The notes beneath the pieces are model-generated. The model made no database searches. It was not told where the DNA came from and saw only the letters and a list, made by a program, of their open reading frames with translations. Below are positions 228,863-239,644 of a DNA stretch of 248,000 nt, one piece after another. Each line of letters opens with the position of its first letter. The stretch's first letter is position 1. The position numbers and the translations under genes were made by a program. The stretch comes from Andalucia godoyi And28. Its lineage: Eukaryota > Protista > Jakobida. The DNA lies in the NCBI GenBank assembly GCA_009859145.1, contig VRVR01000022.1, positions 20,001 through 268,000 of the forward strand. The letters run 5' to 3'.

Positions 228863-230254
228863 GATTTGTTAGCCCATGCGTTGTTGCAGCATGCAGCTGC
228901 TGCAGCAGCTGCTGCGAGCGCACAAAGTGGAACAGCTGGAAACTCGAACCCAGCATTTCATCCCGCTTTAGGTCTTTTGAATCAGCCTCAGATGCAGCAA
229001 TTGGTTGCTGCAGCTGCAAAATCGCAACAAAATACTCAGCAACAGCAGCAGCAGCATCAACAGCAGCAACAACTTCAAGCGCAAGCACAGGGTCACAGTC
229101 AGCTTCATTCGCAGGCTCAGGCTCAGGCTCAGAATCCGCAAGGATCCATGGGCAATGCAATGGTCCCTGGTCTTGTGCCAGCAATGCCGACTGGTTCTGT
229201 GGGGAATCTCATGCAGCCGCTGCAAGCACAGCAGTTTTTGCAGAACCCTGCGTTAGCAGGTCTTCAGAATCTCAACATGAATCCTGCTTCGTTTCCTGAC
229301 ATGCAAGTACTTGCAGCTCTTCAGGCTGCACAGCCACATTTCAGCAAGAATCTGAATCAGAATGTTCAGCCTCCGGCGTCGATACAAGGAGGTTCTGCCA
229401 GTGCCCCGAATGTTTCGGCTCCCGTTCTGTCTTCTGCGCAGCTTGCCGCGCTATCTTCCATGAACGGCGGTCTCACGCCGCAGATTATCCAGCAGATTCA
229501 ACAGCAGCTGCAATCCCAAGCTTCAGCCGCTGTCGCGTCCGGTGCGCAGAATTCCTCTACTGCGGGCGGTAGTGGGTCAACTCCTAGTGGCAAAACTCCG
229601 ATGAACGCTGCGGTACTGGGGATGATGGGCATGAATCCTGTTGCGAATGCCGCTGCAGTCGCCGCAGCCGCAGCCGCCGCGGCGCTTCAGAATGGGAGTA
229701 CTCAGCGAGTCGCGCAAACCAATCCCACTGCTGTGTCAAGCGGCCTAGGAGCCGCAGGTCAGCCGAGCACTTCCGCACCGAACGCAGGAGTTAAACAGAA
229801 TGCAAATCGCAAAGTTTCCCCTGCTGAAATTCAGAAAGTGCAGCTGATGATCGAGCGTTGTTTACTTATGTATCTTACTCAGAATGAGACGACCGCGGCG
229901 TTGCAGTCTCAACACAGTGTTGATCCTGGTATTACCAACCTTGTGTGGTGCAAGTTGGAAGAGCAGAATCCAGAATTCTTTCGAGCATACCATCAACGAC
230001 TGAAGGTGAAGGAACAGATCAATCTGTTCAATTTCTTGATGAATCAGCAGGCCCAGATGATGCAGCAGAGAAAGGCTGGCTCTGTTGTCTTGGATTCTAT
230101 TGCTTTGGAACCCACAAGTGCGGCGACCAACCCAGCTTTGGTTTTGTCTTCTAGCTCCTCTCAGTTTCCGTCTCTTGCTGGGGCAGCGAGTTCCGGATCA
230201 TCCATGGGCCACGCTGCTCAAACAGCAAATCAAAGTGCGGGGGGACAACATGCT

Positions 230255-230285
<31 letters not shown>

Positions 230286-230543
230286 CAATGGGATCCATGT
230301 CTCCCCAGCAAGCTCAGAACCAGATGCTGATAGAGTTGCAGAAAAAGGTCTCGGCTGGGCAGGCCTCGGCGCTGCCCAGCTTGTGGCCATCTGGCACTCC
230401 GACTTCAAATCCGCAGCCCGCTCCTTTGCAGAAGTCGACGCCAGCAATATCTGGAAATGTGTCACAGAATGTCGCTTCATTCTTTCCGAGTTCTGCAAAT
230501 TTGACACCTGAACAACACCAGGCTTTGGTGCAGATGGTGCTAG

Positions 230544-230599
<56 letters not shown>

Positions 230600-230685
230600 C
230601 AACAACAACAACAGCAGCAGCAGCAGCAACAACAACAACAACAACAACAGCAGCAGCAACAACAACAACAACAACAACAACAACA

Positions 230686-230751
<66 letters not shown>

Positions 230752-231691
230752 GCAGCAACTACAACAACAGCAGATGGCTGCAAATGCACAGCAGCGATCC
230801 ATGCCAAACTTGGGGATGTCTGGCCAGTTAGTCAATAGCAGCAGTTCTTCCCAGCCGAATTTGATGAATTTCGGGCAGGGTGTTGATTTGACCAATCCCG
230901 CTTTCCGTCAAATGCTACAGGCATTTTCCGGACCAGGGGTTTCAAATTTTATGCCCACTGGCTCGACGCAGCAAGGGAGCGGGGTCCAGAATGGAATGGG
231001 CAATGCAGGAGGTGCCATGCAGTCTCATCATCAGGCACAGGCACAGGCACAGGCACAAGCACAAGCACAAGCACAAGCACAGGCACAGATGCAAATGCAA
231101 ATGCAGCAGCCGCAAAGTCAACCACATCATCACTCGCAGCCACAGTCGCAGCCACAATCCCAACAGTCTGGTTCTACGTCGAGCAGCTTTGGTAGGAATG
231201 ATCCTACGCTTACACCTTCTGGGAATAATAATGTCATGAGCGGGACGCCGTTGTCGGGGGTCAACGTTGGCAGTGACGTTTCGGCAGCCGGGATGAAAGG
231301 GAGAAAACGAGCTGCCGTTGCGGTGGTGAAGGGGGAGAAGTCTGCCAAGATTGGGAAAGATGAGAAGGGACAGAGGAGCGTTGAGCGTCGGGCGTCTATC
231401 CAGAGCACCACGTCGAACACTGGTCCTTCTGTCGGTTCTTCAAAGGGGAAGGGAGGACCAAAAGTCGCTGCCAAGAGTCAATCTGGAATTCCTCCAGTTA
231501 CTCCATCTTCCGAGTTACCGTCATTTATGGGCTCGGATGCGATGCCGTTTCATCATGACCCATCGTTTGGTAGTGCTTCCCAGCTGACAAATCGTCCCCA
231601 CAGTCCCCCGTCTTTTTCGTTGGTTCCCGATGGCAGCGCTTCCCAGGACGATTTTCCTTTGGAGCAGTTTTTCTCCTACGACAATAATTAA
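228521..231691 (+). CDS. Q-rich protein with A_thal_3526 (TIGR01589-like) domain
   Basis: VQLMIERCLLMYLTQNE..VDPGITNLVWCKLEEQNPEFFRAY. Confidence 0.8.
230548..230770 (+). repeat. coding (CAG/CAA)n tract, about 70 Gln
   Basis: direct sequence. Confidence 0.9.
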
Positions 231692-232151
231692 CAAGCAATG
231701 ATCCGTGTTCAACGTTGTTCTCCTCCACGCATCGTGTCTTTTTTTTTTCTTTGCACCAGGAGCTCCATCCATCTCGATTTGCCGCGTCAAACATCCGAAA
231801 GTCACTGGAATCCCCGTTCGCTGTTCTGCTGTCTCTTCCCGCCTCGTTTTGCCCAATCCTTAAGCGCGTTGTGTTTGTTCCATTTCTTTTTCTTCTTTTA
231901 TTGGTTTCTTTTGTATCTGTAACATTTGTAGGTTTTTGTTTTTGTATTTTTTGTATGCATGTTCCTTGCAGGAGGGGGTTTTTCCATGTCCACTCTGGGA
232001 TATCTTTGTGTATGCGCATGTGGGAGTTTTGCGTTTGGGGGATAGAAGAGGAGGATGTACCTTTTGTATTGTATGATTAAATTTCCCGCAGACGTTGAAT
232101 CCGGTGCTTGTTATGGAGATGTTCCAAGAAGCGTACAGAATGAACCCTTGA

Positions 232152-233243
232152 CTACACCAATTTGTATTTGTGGTGATCCGCCTCGTAAATGGCGCCTTCG
232201 GCCTCCAAATATGCCAAGGCCTGTTGAATCTTTGGAATGGGCAAGTGCGCGAGAAATGGAAACATGGTTCGCAGTCCCGGCAGGATGCTTATGCTGGAAA
232301 ACGCCTGCTCACCCGCTCGCTGCTGCATGTAGACACGCACGAAATTGCCCAGCAAAGGAATCCGCAGAACCTCGTATGTATTCGGATCGTGCATTCTAAG
232401 ATCACCGCGTCCATAGAGTGTTTCAACTGCCTTTTGCAGAACACTATGCGTCTGTGACTGCTTCACGCCAAGCTCCACTGCATGCTTGTTGAATCCTACA
232501 CACAGATCCGCAGGAAGCTCGTTGAGCAATAAAAACTCAACATCCCGATGCGCATCCAAGTACTGCGACAAGTACGCGGAATGCGGATCCGTCGCTGCTC
232601 CTGCTGCCACCATCGTCAATGGCGGTGCCGGTGTCAACGCCGGTGCTGCCGGTGCTGGAGCTGCAGATGACGATGACGATGCCGATGCTAAAGACGCTGT
232701 CGCCAGCGCGGTTGCATCGCACTTTGCTGGCCGCACGAATCCAGGTCTGCACAAGCTGGGAGCAATATCAGGTGGCGGACGAGAATATACCGTCCTGAAC
232801 AAATGTACGCATTCAAGTACGAACAATGAAACGTCGTTCAGGTCGTCGCTCTTGACGATTTGCTCCACCGACACCTGTTTCGAAGATCCATACACGGATA
232901 TTCTGCCAAAGACATGCACAAGTTCGCCGAGCGCAACAGGCGAGACGCGCGCGTCGCTCGATCCTTTGTTGCTCGACCACATTGTGCATCCAATCACTGC
233001 GGACCCGTCGTCAATGCTGAAAGAAAACCGAGCATCTTGCCAGTGTCCAGGAGTCGAAACGACGAATCCAAGCAAATGACACGACAGGATCGGTCGCCTG
233101 CATAAAGAAAAGTAGCCAGATGCAGAGCCTGGATGCGGAGCTAGTGCATGGACATCCCGGATCAGCAGCTTCACACCGGCTTGAAACAGCGGATCCAATC
233201 CAAAGTAGTATTCACTTTGATAATTCCCACATGTAGTTTCCAT
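232152..233243 (-). CDS. STN1: CST complex subunit STN1-like (OB fold plus winged helix)
   Basis: GLDP..KLLI.D, IDDGSAVIGCTMW, LGELVHVFGRI. Confidence 0.75.
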   Translation of the reverse strand: METTCGNYQSEYYFGLDPLFQAGVKLLIRDVHALAPHPGSASGYFSLCRRPILSCHLLGFVVSTPGHWQDARFSFSIDDGSAVIGCTMWSSNKGSSDARVSPVALGELVHVFGRISVYGSSKQVSVEQIVKSDDLNDVSLFVLECVHLFRTVYSRPPPDIAPSLCRPGFVRPAKCDATALATASLASASSSSSAAPAPAAPALTPAPPLTMVAAGAATDPHSAYLSQYLDAHRDVEFLLLNELPADLCVGFNKHAVELGVKQSQTHSVLQKAVETLYGRGDLRMHDPNTYEVLRIPLLGNFVRVYMQQRAGEQAFSSISILPGLRTMFPFLAHLPIPKIQQALAYLEAEGAIYEADHHKYKLV

Positions 233244-233755
233244 TTCTTCTGCGTTCCGTTGGCAACAATTGAACTGTTTTCATCGTGTTCTATTTCGTTT
233301 TCATCATCATCTTCTGACAAAAAAACGCTTGAAACCCCAGCGTTGGGGGGGAATGGCTTTTTCCCAATCCGGTTAGAACTAAATAAAAAAGAAATCTCTC
233401 TCTCTTCCACGATTCCACGCTTTTGTTTTTCGTTCTTATTTCGTCTTGTGTGCCCGGGTCCTCGATCCTCCATCCTCGATTCCAAACCCTCAGTCCACTA
233501 CCCAAGCTCGGTAACAAATGTAGCGAGCAAGCGCTGGGTTAGAAAAATCGATTAGCGACACAGTGGTACTACTACTACTATTCATGCATCGTTTTCCCGT
233601 AATAAGTACTTTACGTTTGAATTCGTGGGACGGCAGCGTTACACACAATCTATTTGGAAAGCAGGAGAGGAGGAAGAAGAAAAATGACCATGTCCACCGC
233701 CAAACCGGACACACACACACACACACAGAGAAACACAAAACCGCCCAAATGGGGC

Positions 233756-234625
233756 TCATCGTTTGACCCACTGGAATCTCTTTCTTGCCTTTGCCTGACC
233801 GGGTTTCTTCCGTTCAACAACTCGGGGGTCTCTGCTGAGAAGTCCGTCCTGCTTGAGCAAAGCACGGTTGTCTTCCTTCAGACCCTGGAGTGCTCGTGCG
233901 ATTCCCAGTCGGAGTGCACCGGCCTGTCCGGAAAGGCCTCCGCCATGCACCGTAGCCCAAACGGCAACTTTCCCCAAGGAATCTGTGGCAAGAAGTGGTA
234001 GCAGCGCCTGGGACCGCTGTTCAAGCCCTGAGAAATAGTCCACCAATCGCTTGTTATTCACAAACAAGGCCACTCCAGAGGTTTCCATTGCAGCGCGCAT
234101 CTTTTGAAACGACGTACGGTTCTCCAAGACCTGCATGCGCGTGCTTGCCGTACCACTCTCATTGCTCGTCGAAGAAGATGCATAGAGATGGGCGGGAGAG
234201 ACCCACACGCGAGCAACAGCATCTTTGCGACGACCTGTGGCATACACTCTTCCAAACTCGTCCTTCTGGAAACAGACTGCCGCAGCAGCAGCATCGTCTC
234301 CTCGCTGACCCGCCCCTGCTGCAGACTCGGTCAATGACGAATCTTCAAGAAGAGCCTTGTCAAGAGCTGCACGGTCAAACACCCCTGCATCCGGATGCAG
234401 AAATGCATTCGCAGCAAGCGACTGCGCAACGTATGGAGACTCGGGAAACATCCGGCTCGTTATCGACCGTGCAGACTGGTACCATGGCTGTTTTGGAATG
234501 TCAGAAAGAGGAATCGACGGCGCAGCAGAAGCTGAAGCTGAAGCAGATGATGATGATGATGATGATGATGACGACGATGATAGCGTAGACGAGAACAATC
234601 GAGTGAATGCAAATCGACGAATCAT
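233756..234625 (-). CDS. MRPS9: mitochondrial ribosomal protein S9
   Basis: GRRKDAVARV, GGGLSGQAGA, DPRVVERKKPGQ.KARK. Confidence 0.92.
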   Translation of the reverse strand: MIRRFAFTRLFSSTLSSSSSSSSSSSSASASASAAPSIPLSDIPKQPWYQSARSITSRMFPESPYVAQSLAANAFLHPDAGVFDRAALDKALLEDSSLTESAAGAGQRGDDAAAAAVCFQKDEFGRVYATGRRKDAVARVWVSPAHLYASSSTSNESGTASTRMQVLENRTSFQKMRAAMETSGVALFVNNKRLVDYFSGLEQRSQALLPLLATDSLGKVAVWATVHGGGLSGQAGALRLGIARALQGLKEDNRALLKQDGLLSRDPRVVERKKPGQAKARKRFQWVKR

Positions 234626-235154
234626 TCTTGTTTCTTATTGTAACAAACGTCTATCTCTTTCTTTCCCCCCCTTTTTTTGTTGCCTTTATATCAGTGTTGT
234701 TGAATAAGCCGGAAAAAGCACACAGTACACGACAGCACCGACAATGGTGAGGATAATGGCGATGCAGCTGTCAACGATATGCAGTTGAAAAAAAAAAACC
234801 GCCAAAAATGCCAAATATATATATATATATATATAATATAAAATTAAATTAAAAAACAATAGTAAACCAATCCATAAACTCGCAATGAAATGAGCAAAAG
234901 ACGAGAGGCGCACAAAGACCTAACCCTTTCCAACCCTCAATTGTTGCTGTCCTCTTGTCGTCGTGATACTTATGAAAACAATGAGAAACTCCGAAAAGTG
235001 CCGAATCCGAGTTGACTTTTCCAAAGCCTTTTTCACGTTTCGTTTCGTTTCGTTTCGTTTCGTTTCGTTTCGTTTTTTTTTTTTTTTGGATTTTGTTCTG
235101 CAGAGGAGGACTTAAGAACAGGTTCGGGGGTGTGGCGACAGAAAAGCAAATACG

Positions 235155-236321
235155 ATGTACACGAGTGCGTCACCTTCGACGGACACCGATTCCGAGAGAT
235201 CCACAAGACCGCTTCATGTGGAAGAAGATGGAGTTGAGCTCCAAGTGCGATCATCCTCTTCCACGAACCGCAACTCGTCGTCCTCGTCCTCGTCCTCATC
235301 ATCGTCGTCGTCTGGCCTGGTTTCGAATGGCCGTAACCGGTACGTAACGACTGATTTTTCCATTGGGTCGTCCTCGAAGCAGAATGGGAGAGCGAATGGA
235401 AAAGGACCAAGGTCACGGAAAAACGACGAAGAATCGCATGCGCCACCCGTGTCATTTGCCGTGGAGCCTCCGATTGCAAAAATACTCGGGGAGGCTGTGG
235501 TTACTGTGCTCAAGGTATGCAAAACGTACCAGCTTCCGTCTGCGAAGAAGGATGCGAAACAGAAGAAAAAGGATAAGGAAGATGGAGCGGAGTCCGCGAG
235601 TGCAAGGGGGGTTGTTGCACTTCATGACATTACACTGTCTCCGAAATCGGAGTTTTACTCGATTCGAAGAGGCGAGTTCATTATGATTCGAGGCCCGTCA
235701 GGCGGCGGAAAAACGACGTTGCTGAATATACTTGGAACGATTGACAGGCCTTCTTCGGGAGAGCTTTACTTGCTTGGCGACCACGTGACGTCTGCATCGA
235801 CAGATTCGTTTCTTGCAGATCTGCGGCTGCGCAGGATAGGATTTGTGTTCCAGACGTTCAATCTAATTGCGACGATGAGCGCGTTTGAGAACGTGTGCCT
235901 GCCGATGACGCTTGCCGGGAAGTTGAAGGAAAAGGAATACAAGCTAAGGGCAAAGGAGCTGCTGCGGCTCGTGGGGCTTGGAGACCGAATGAACCATTTG
236001 CCAAGCGAGCTGTCGGGTGGCGAGCAGCAACGGACGACGATTGCCAGAGCGTTGGCAAATGAACCAGAGATTCTGCTTCTCGACGAGCCGACAGGAGACT
236101 TGGACACCCGAAACACTGTCGATGTCATGAACTTGCTCCTCGACATCAACCTCACCAATGGCACAACAATGGTCATGGTGACCCACAACCCAGACTTGGA
236201 ATGCTACGCGGACCGCATTCTGTATGTCAAGGACGGTACATTTGAAAAACAGGCCATCAATCTCGTCCAATCCCGCCTTGATTTTGACCAGTACGTATCC
236301 TTGTTGCACACTGAGAAATAG
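235155..236321 (+). CDS. stand-alone ABC ATPase (LolD/MacB-like)
   Basis: GPSGGGKT, IGFVFQTFNLI, LSGGEQQR, LLDEPTG, VTH; no TM segment. Confidence 0.88.
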   Translation: MYTSASPSTDTDSERSTRPLHVEEDGVELQVRSSSSTNRNSSSSSSSSSSSSSGLVSNGRNRYVTTDFSIGSSSKQNGRANGKGPRSRKNDEESHAPPVSFAVEPPIAKILGEAVVTVLKVCKTYQLPSAKKDAKQKKKDKEDGAESASARGVVALHDITLSPKSEFYSIRRGEFIMIRGPSGGGKTTLLNILGTIDRPSSGELYLLGDHVTSASTDSFLADLRLRRIGFVFQTFNLIATMSAFENVCLPMTLAGKLKEKEYKLRAKELLRLVGLGDRMNHLPSELSGGEQQRTTIARALANEPEILLLDEPTGDLDTRNTVDVMNLLLDINLTNGTTMVMVTHNPDLECYADRILYVKDGTFEKQAINLVQSRLDFDQYVSLLHTEK

Positions 236322-236446
236322 TATGCACGTGAACCTCTCCCGTCTCTTCCTCTGCCTAGTCCTAAAACCCACAAAATGAAATTTAAATCAATAATTCAAA
236401 AACCTGGTTTTAAATAATAATCATAATACTTTTTAAAAAAAAGAAA

Positions 236447-236519
236447 CACCCATGGAGGGGATCGAACCCTCGACCCCAGGATTAGAAGTCCTGCGCTCCT
236501 TCCACTGAGCTACACGGGC
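236447..236519 (-). tRNA. tRNA-Arg(TCT)
   Basis: GCCCGTG/CATGGGT stem, CAGGA-CTTCTAA-TCCTG, GTTCGATCC. Confidence 0.93.
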
Positions 236520-236973
236520 AACCGTTGGTAAAATGCGCCGATATTAGATAATGTAAACACACAAACACCCATCGTCCCGCAATACCAATTCGAGTGCTTT
236601 TGGAAACATGTTTTTGCTTTCAATGCTGTCTTGTATTTCTCTTCTTTCCCACAGTCTTCTTTCAGTCATTATTGTTCCGGGATTGATACGCCTACTCTTG
236701 CTCGGCCCTCCTATTTATCATCGCTGTTAGCACTGTAAGCGTTTGGATCCTCCACTTTTTTGTTTGTGTTTTGTACTGAATTTCGCTCCTGGTCTTGTGT
236801 TTGGACCCGGTGATATACGTTTTGCCTACATTCGGGTTGTTTATTACTATTATTATTATAATAATAATTATTATTATTCAGTTCCACTGCTAGGGGTTTT
236901 CATCGACCACTCTTCATCCAGATAAGGAGTTTGATTATAGCAGGGCTTTGTGAAGGCGAGGGAAGAAGAAAGA

Positions 236974-237462
236974 ATGACGAAACGCAGTGATTCCTACGAT
237001 TATGTAGACGAAGAGCTTGATTTGAACCCGAATTGCGCATGGATCCACTCCAAGGTGTTTTGGACAATGTACGTGTTTCTCATTTTTGCGTCTCGTGCGA
237101 TGCTTGCGAGTGTGAATGCGCCTCCGGGACACGCCTGGACCATTGTTGTGTTTTCGCATGCGGCGGTTACCTTTGTGCTGTTCCACTGGCTCAAGGGGAA
237201 TCCATTGGACGACTGGACGGGCGCACAGGGAAAGTTCCACAAGCTTACCTGGTGGGAGCAGCTCCAGTACGGACGTGTCTACACTCCCACTAAAAAGTTC
237301 CTGACGCTCATTCCAGTCGCCCTTTTCTTCTGCGCCGCCTATCACTTGCACGAAAATGACGTCTTTTTGCTCGTCCTGAACGCTATCGTAAGCTTCATAC
237401 TCGTCCTTGCAAAGCTTCCTGCCATGCACAAGGTCAGAATCATGGACATCAACAAGGGATAA
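236974..237462 (+). CDS. ORMDL: ORMDL/ORM1 sphingolipid regulator
   Basis: LNPN..W, FHWLKGNP, LTWWEQL, KFLTLIP, KLPAMH. Confidence 0.92.
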   Translation: MTKRSDSYDYVDEELDLNPNCAWIHSKVFWTMYVFLIFASRAMLASVNAPPGHAWTIVVFSHAAVTFVLFHWLKGNPLDDWTGAQGKFHKLTWWEQLQYGRVYTPTKKFLTLIPVALFFCAAYHLHENDVFLLVLNAIVSFILVLAKLPAMHKVRIMDINKG

Positions 237463-237746
237463 ACTGTCCACAGTCTCCACAGTCTCCGCAGTCTCCACGT
237501 CGGCGCCGTTCGTCAAGAAAGAAGAAGAAAGGGGAAAAAAAGAAAACACAAAACCAACAAATCATCTTCGGATTTATCGACTGTAAAAACCACCATGCAC
237601 TACAACTGGCGATATTGTTTCGTCAACTTGAGTCTGCCCTCTCCAGCTCGCGGGAGAAAAAAGCTTTCTTAGAATTTTTCTAAAAGTACATATTTTCATA
237701 CGACTTTGAAGAATTGAAAGATAGAAATTTACAGGTTTTCATTTCG

Positions 237747-239228
237747 ATGGAACCGTTTCATGTGAATCCGCGGCATGTGGGATGTGTGCCCGAGTACAAG
237801 GCTCAGTTCGAGAGCGCATGCCCGTTTCCGCATCTTGTGATTCCGGATATTTTCGAGTCTGAGAATGGATTGGGGTTTCTGGACGAGCTTGAAGCGTCCG
237901 TTCGAGCTCTGGACTTCAATGAGAAGAATAACGACTTGTACTCGTTTCACCAATCGAATGATCTTCGGACGAGCCAAGACCCGATGATCTCGCATCTGCG
238001 GTCCTACATGTACTCAGAGTCGTTCCGGTCGTTCTTGTCCGATGTAACCGCACTGCAGTTTTCGTCGCAGGTGGACATGTCTGCTGCGATCTATCGTGAT
238101 ACAGACACGCTGCTTTGTCACGACGATCGGCTGGAAGGTCGTGTTATTGCGTACATTTTCTATCTGGTTCCGTCAGACTGGACTGGTGCAGACGGGGGGC
238201 ACTTGGACCTGTATGCACCGTGTGACAACGAGCAAGTGCTATCGATCGCAAAGTCGTACGTCCCGAAGCGAAACAGTCTGGCATTTTTCCAAGTCTCTGA
238301 AATGTCGTTCCACCAGGTCCGGGAGGTTCTTTCGGCTTCCAAAGACCGCATTTCTATCTCGGGTTGGTTCTACGCTCCAGAATCCAAGGACCTCGGATCG
238401 CAGGAGGCGTACCAAAATAGTAGAGCAAAGACACGAAAACAGTCGAAAGTGAGCAAGGATGAGACAGTGAATCGCAAGTTGATGAGACTCAATCCGATTC
238501 CGTGGGCGGACTGTTCCTTGAAAGCAGGCAGGGAAGGATTGCTGCTCGAATCCTGGATTTCAGATGTGTATTTGAAAGCGGAATCGCAAACACGGATTCA
238601 GGAAATGGTGTGCGAAAACTCGTACGCTGTCTTGGGTGACTTCCTCAACAGCCAGAAATTCAAGCAGCTGCGCGCCGCGTGGAGCTCTGCCAAACTGCAG
238701 TTCACATGCCTGGGCCCGCCACACATTCAGAATTACGAGTACCTTCGGGGAATCGGAAGCAGTGCCACGACTACCGCCACCATGGATGATGACTCGCTGA
238801 GTGTCCTGCATGACTGGTTTACCGTCATGCAAAGCGAGGAGTTCAAGCGGTTGCTTTGCTCCTTATCGGGATTCGACGACATGCCATCCTTGCTGTCCGC
238901 CTCTGTGAACCGGTACAAGTGGGGATCGTACACGATGGTGTATGATGATGCTGCCGTTCAGTCGAAGCGCGGAGAACTGCACTATTGGCATACCAGCATG
239001 ATTCCTGAGGATCCCGGGTTTGCGGGAATACCAGCAGATCCTGCAGAAGCTGGCGAAATGACAATCTACATGGATGAAGACGAGGTCCTCTTGAGCATAC
239101 CTCCTGCGGACAATGTACTGTGTTTGGTGTTTGCTGATCGCGGTTGCATGCGGTTCGTCAAGTACCTGAACCACAAGTCGTCGCCGTGGCAACGCTGCGA
239201 CTTGTCGTTTGTATCCACGTGCAAATAA
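237747..239228 (+). CDS. OGFOD1: uS12 prolyl hydroxylase OGFOD1/Tpa1
   Basis: PFPH, DTLLCHDD, SFHQV.EV, RISISGWF. Confidence 0.88.
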   Translation: MEPFHVNPRHVGCVPEYKAQFESACPFPHLVIPDIFESENGLGFLDELEASVRALDFNEKNNDLYSFHQSNDLRTSQDPMISHLRSYMYSESFRSFLSDVTALQFSSQVDMSAAIYRDTDTLLCHDDRLEGRVIAYIFYLVPSDWTGADGGHLDLYAPCDNEQVLSIAKSYVPKRNSLAFFQVSEMSFHQVREVLSASKDRISISGWFYAPESKDLGSQEAYQNSRAKTRKQSKVSKDETVNRKLMRLNPIPWADCSLKAGREGLLLESWISDVYLKAESQTRIQEMVCENSYAVLGDFLNSQKFKQLRAAWSSAKLQFTCLGPPHIQNYEYLRGIGSSATTTATMDDDSLSVLHDWFTVMQSEEFKRLLCSLSGFDDMPSLLSASVNRYKWGSYTMVYDDAAVQSKRGELHYWHTSMIPEDPGFAGIPADPAEAGEMTIYMDEDEVLLSIPPADNVLCLVFADRGCMRFVKYLNHKSSPWQRCDLSFVSTCK

Positions 239229-239380
239229 AGCAACTACCGCCCCTGTTATCAAGTGTTGGAAGCATGAGGTTGGAGTTTGAGCTCCGTAATAATACCACGC
239301 TGCTCCGTGAACAACACTCAATGCATGAAACTGTCTGGAGATGTAGTTAGTCGAGTCGTCGTCGCCACAATTTGAAGGGG

Positions 239381-239427
<47 letters not shown>

Positions 239428-239534
239428 AAGGGGGAACAGAATGTACAGTTAAGCAAGCAGATATAAACAGAACATGCACAAACGAACAGATTTCTAGCAG
239501 ACAAGGCAGGTAGGAGTTGAAAGGGAAAAAAAGG

Positions 239535-239639
<105 letters not shown>

Positions 239640-239644
239640 AAGGC

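Noticed and set aside
230151-230895. Poly-Cys, poly-Leu and poly-Val/Ala ORFs
   Set aside because: Antisense frames of the CAG/CAA tract.
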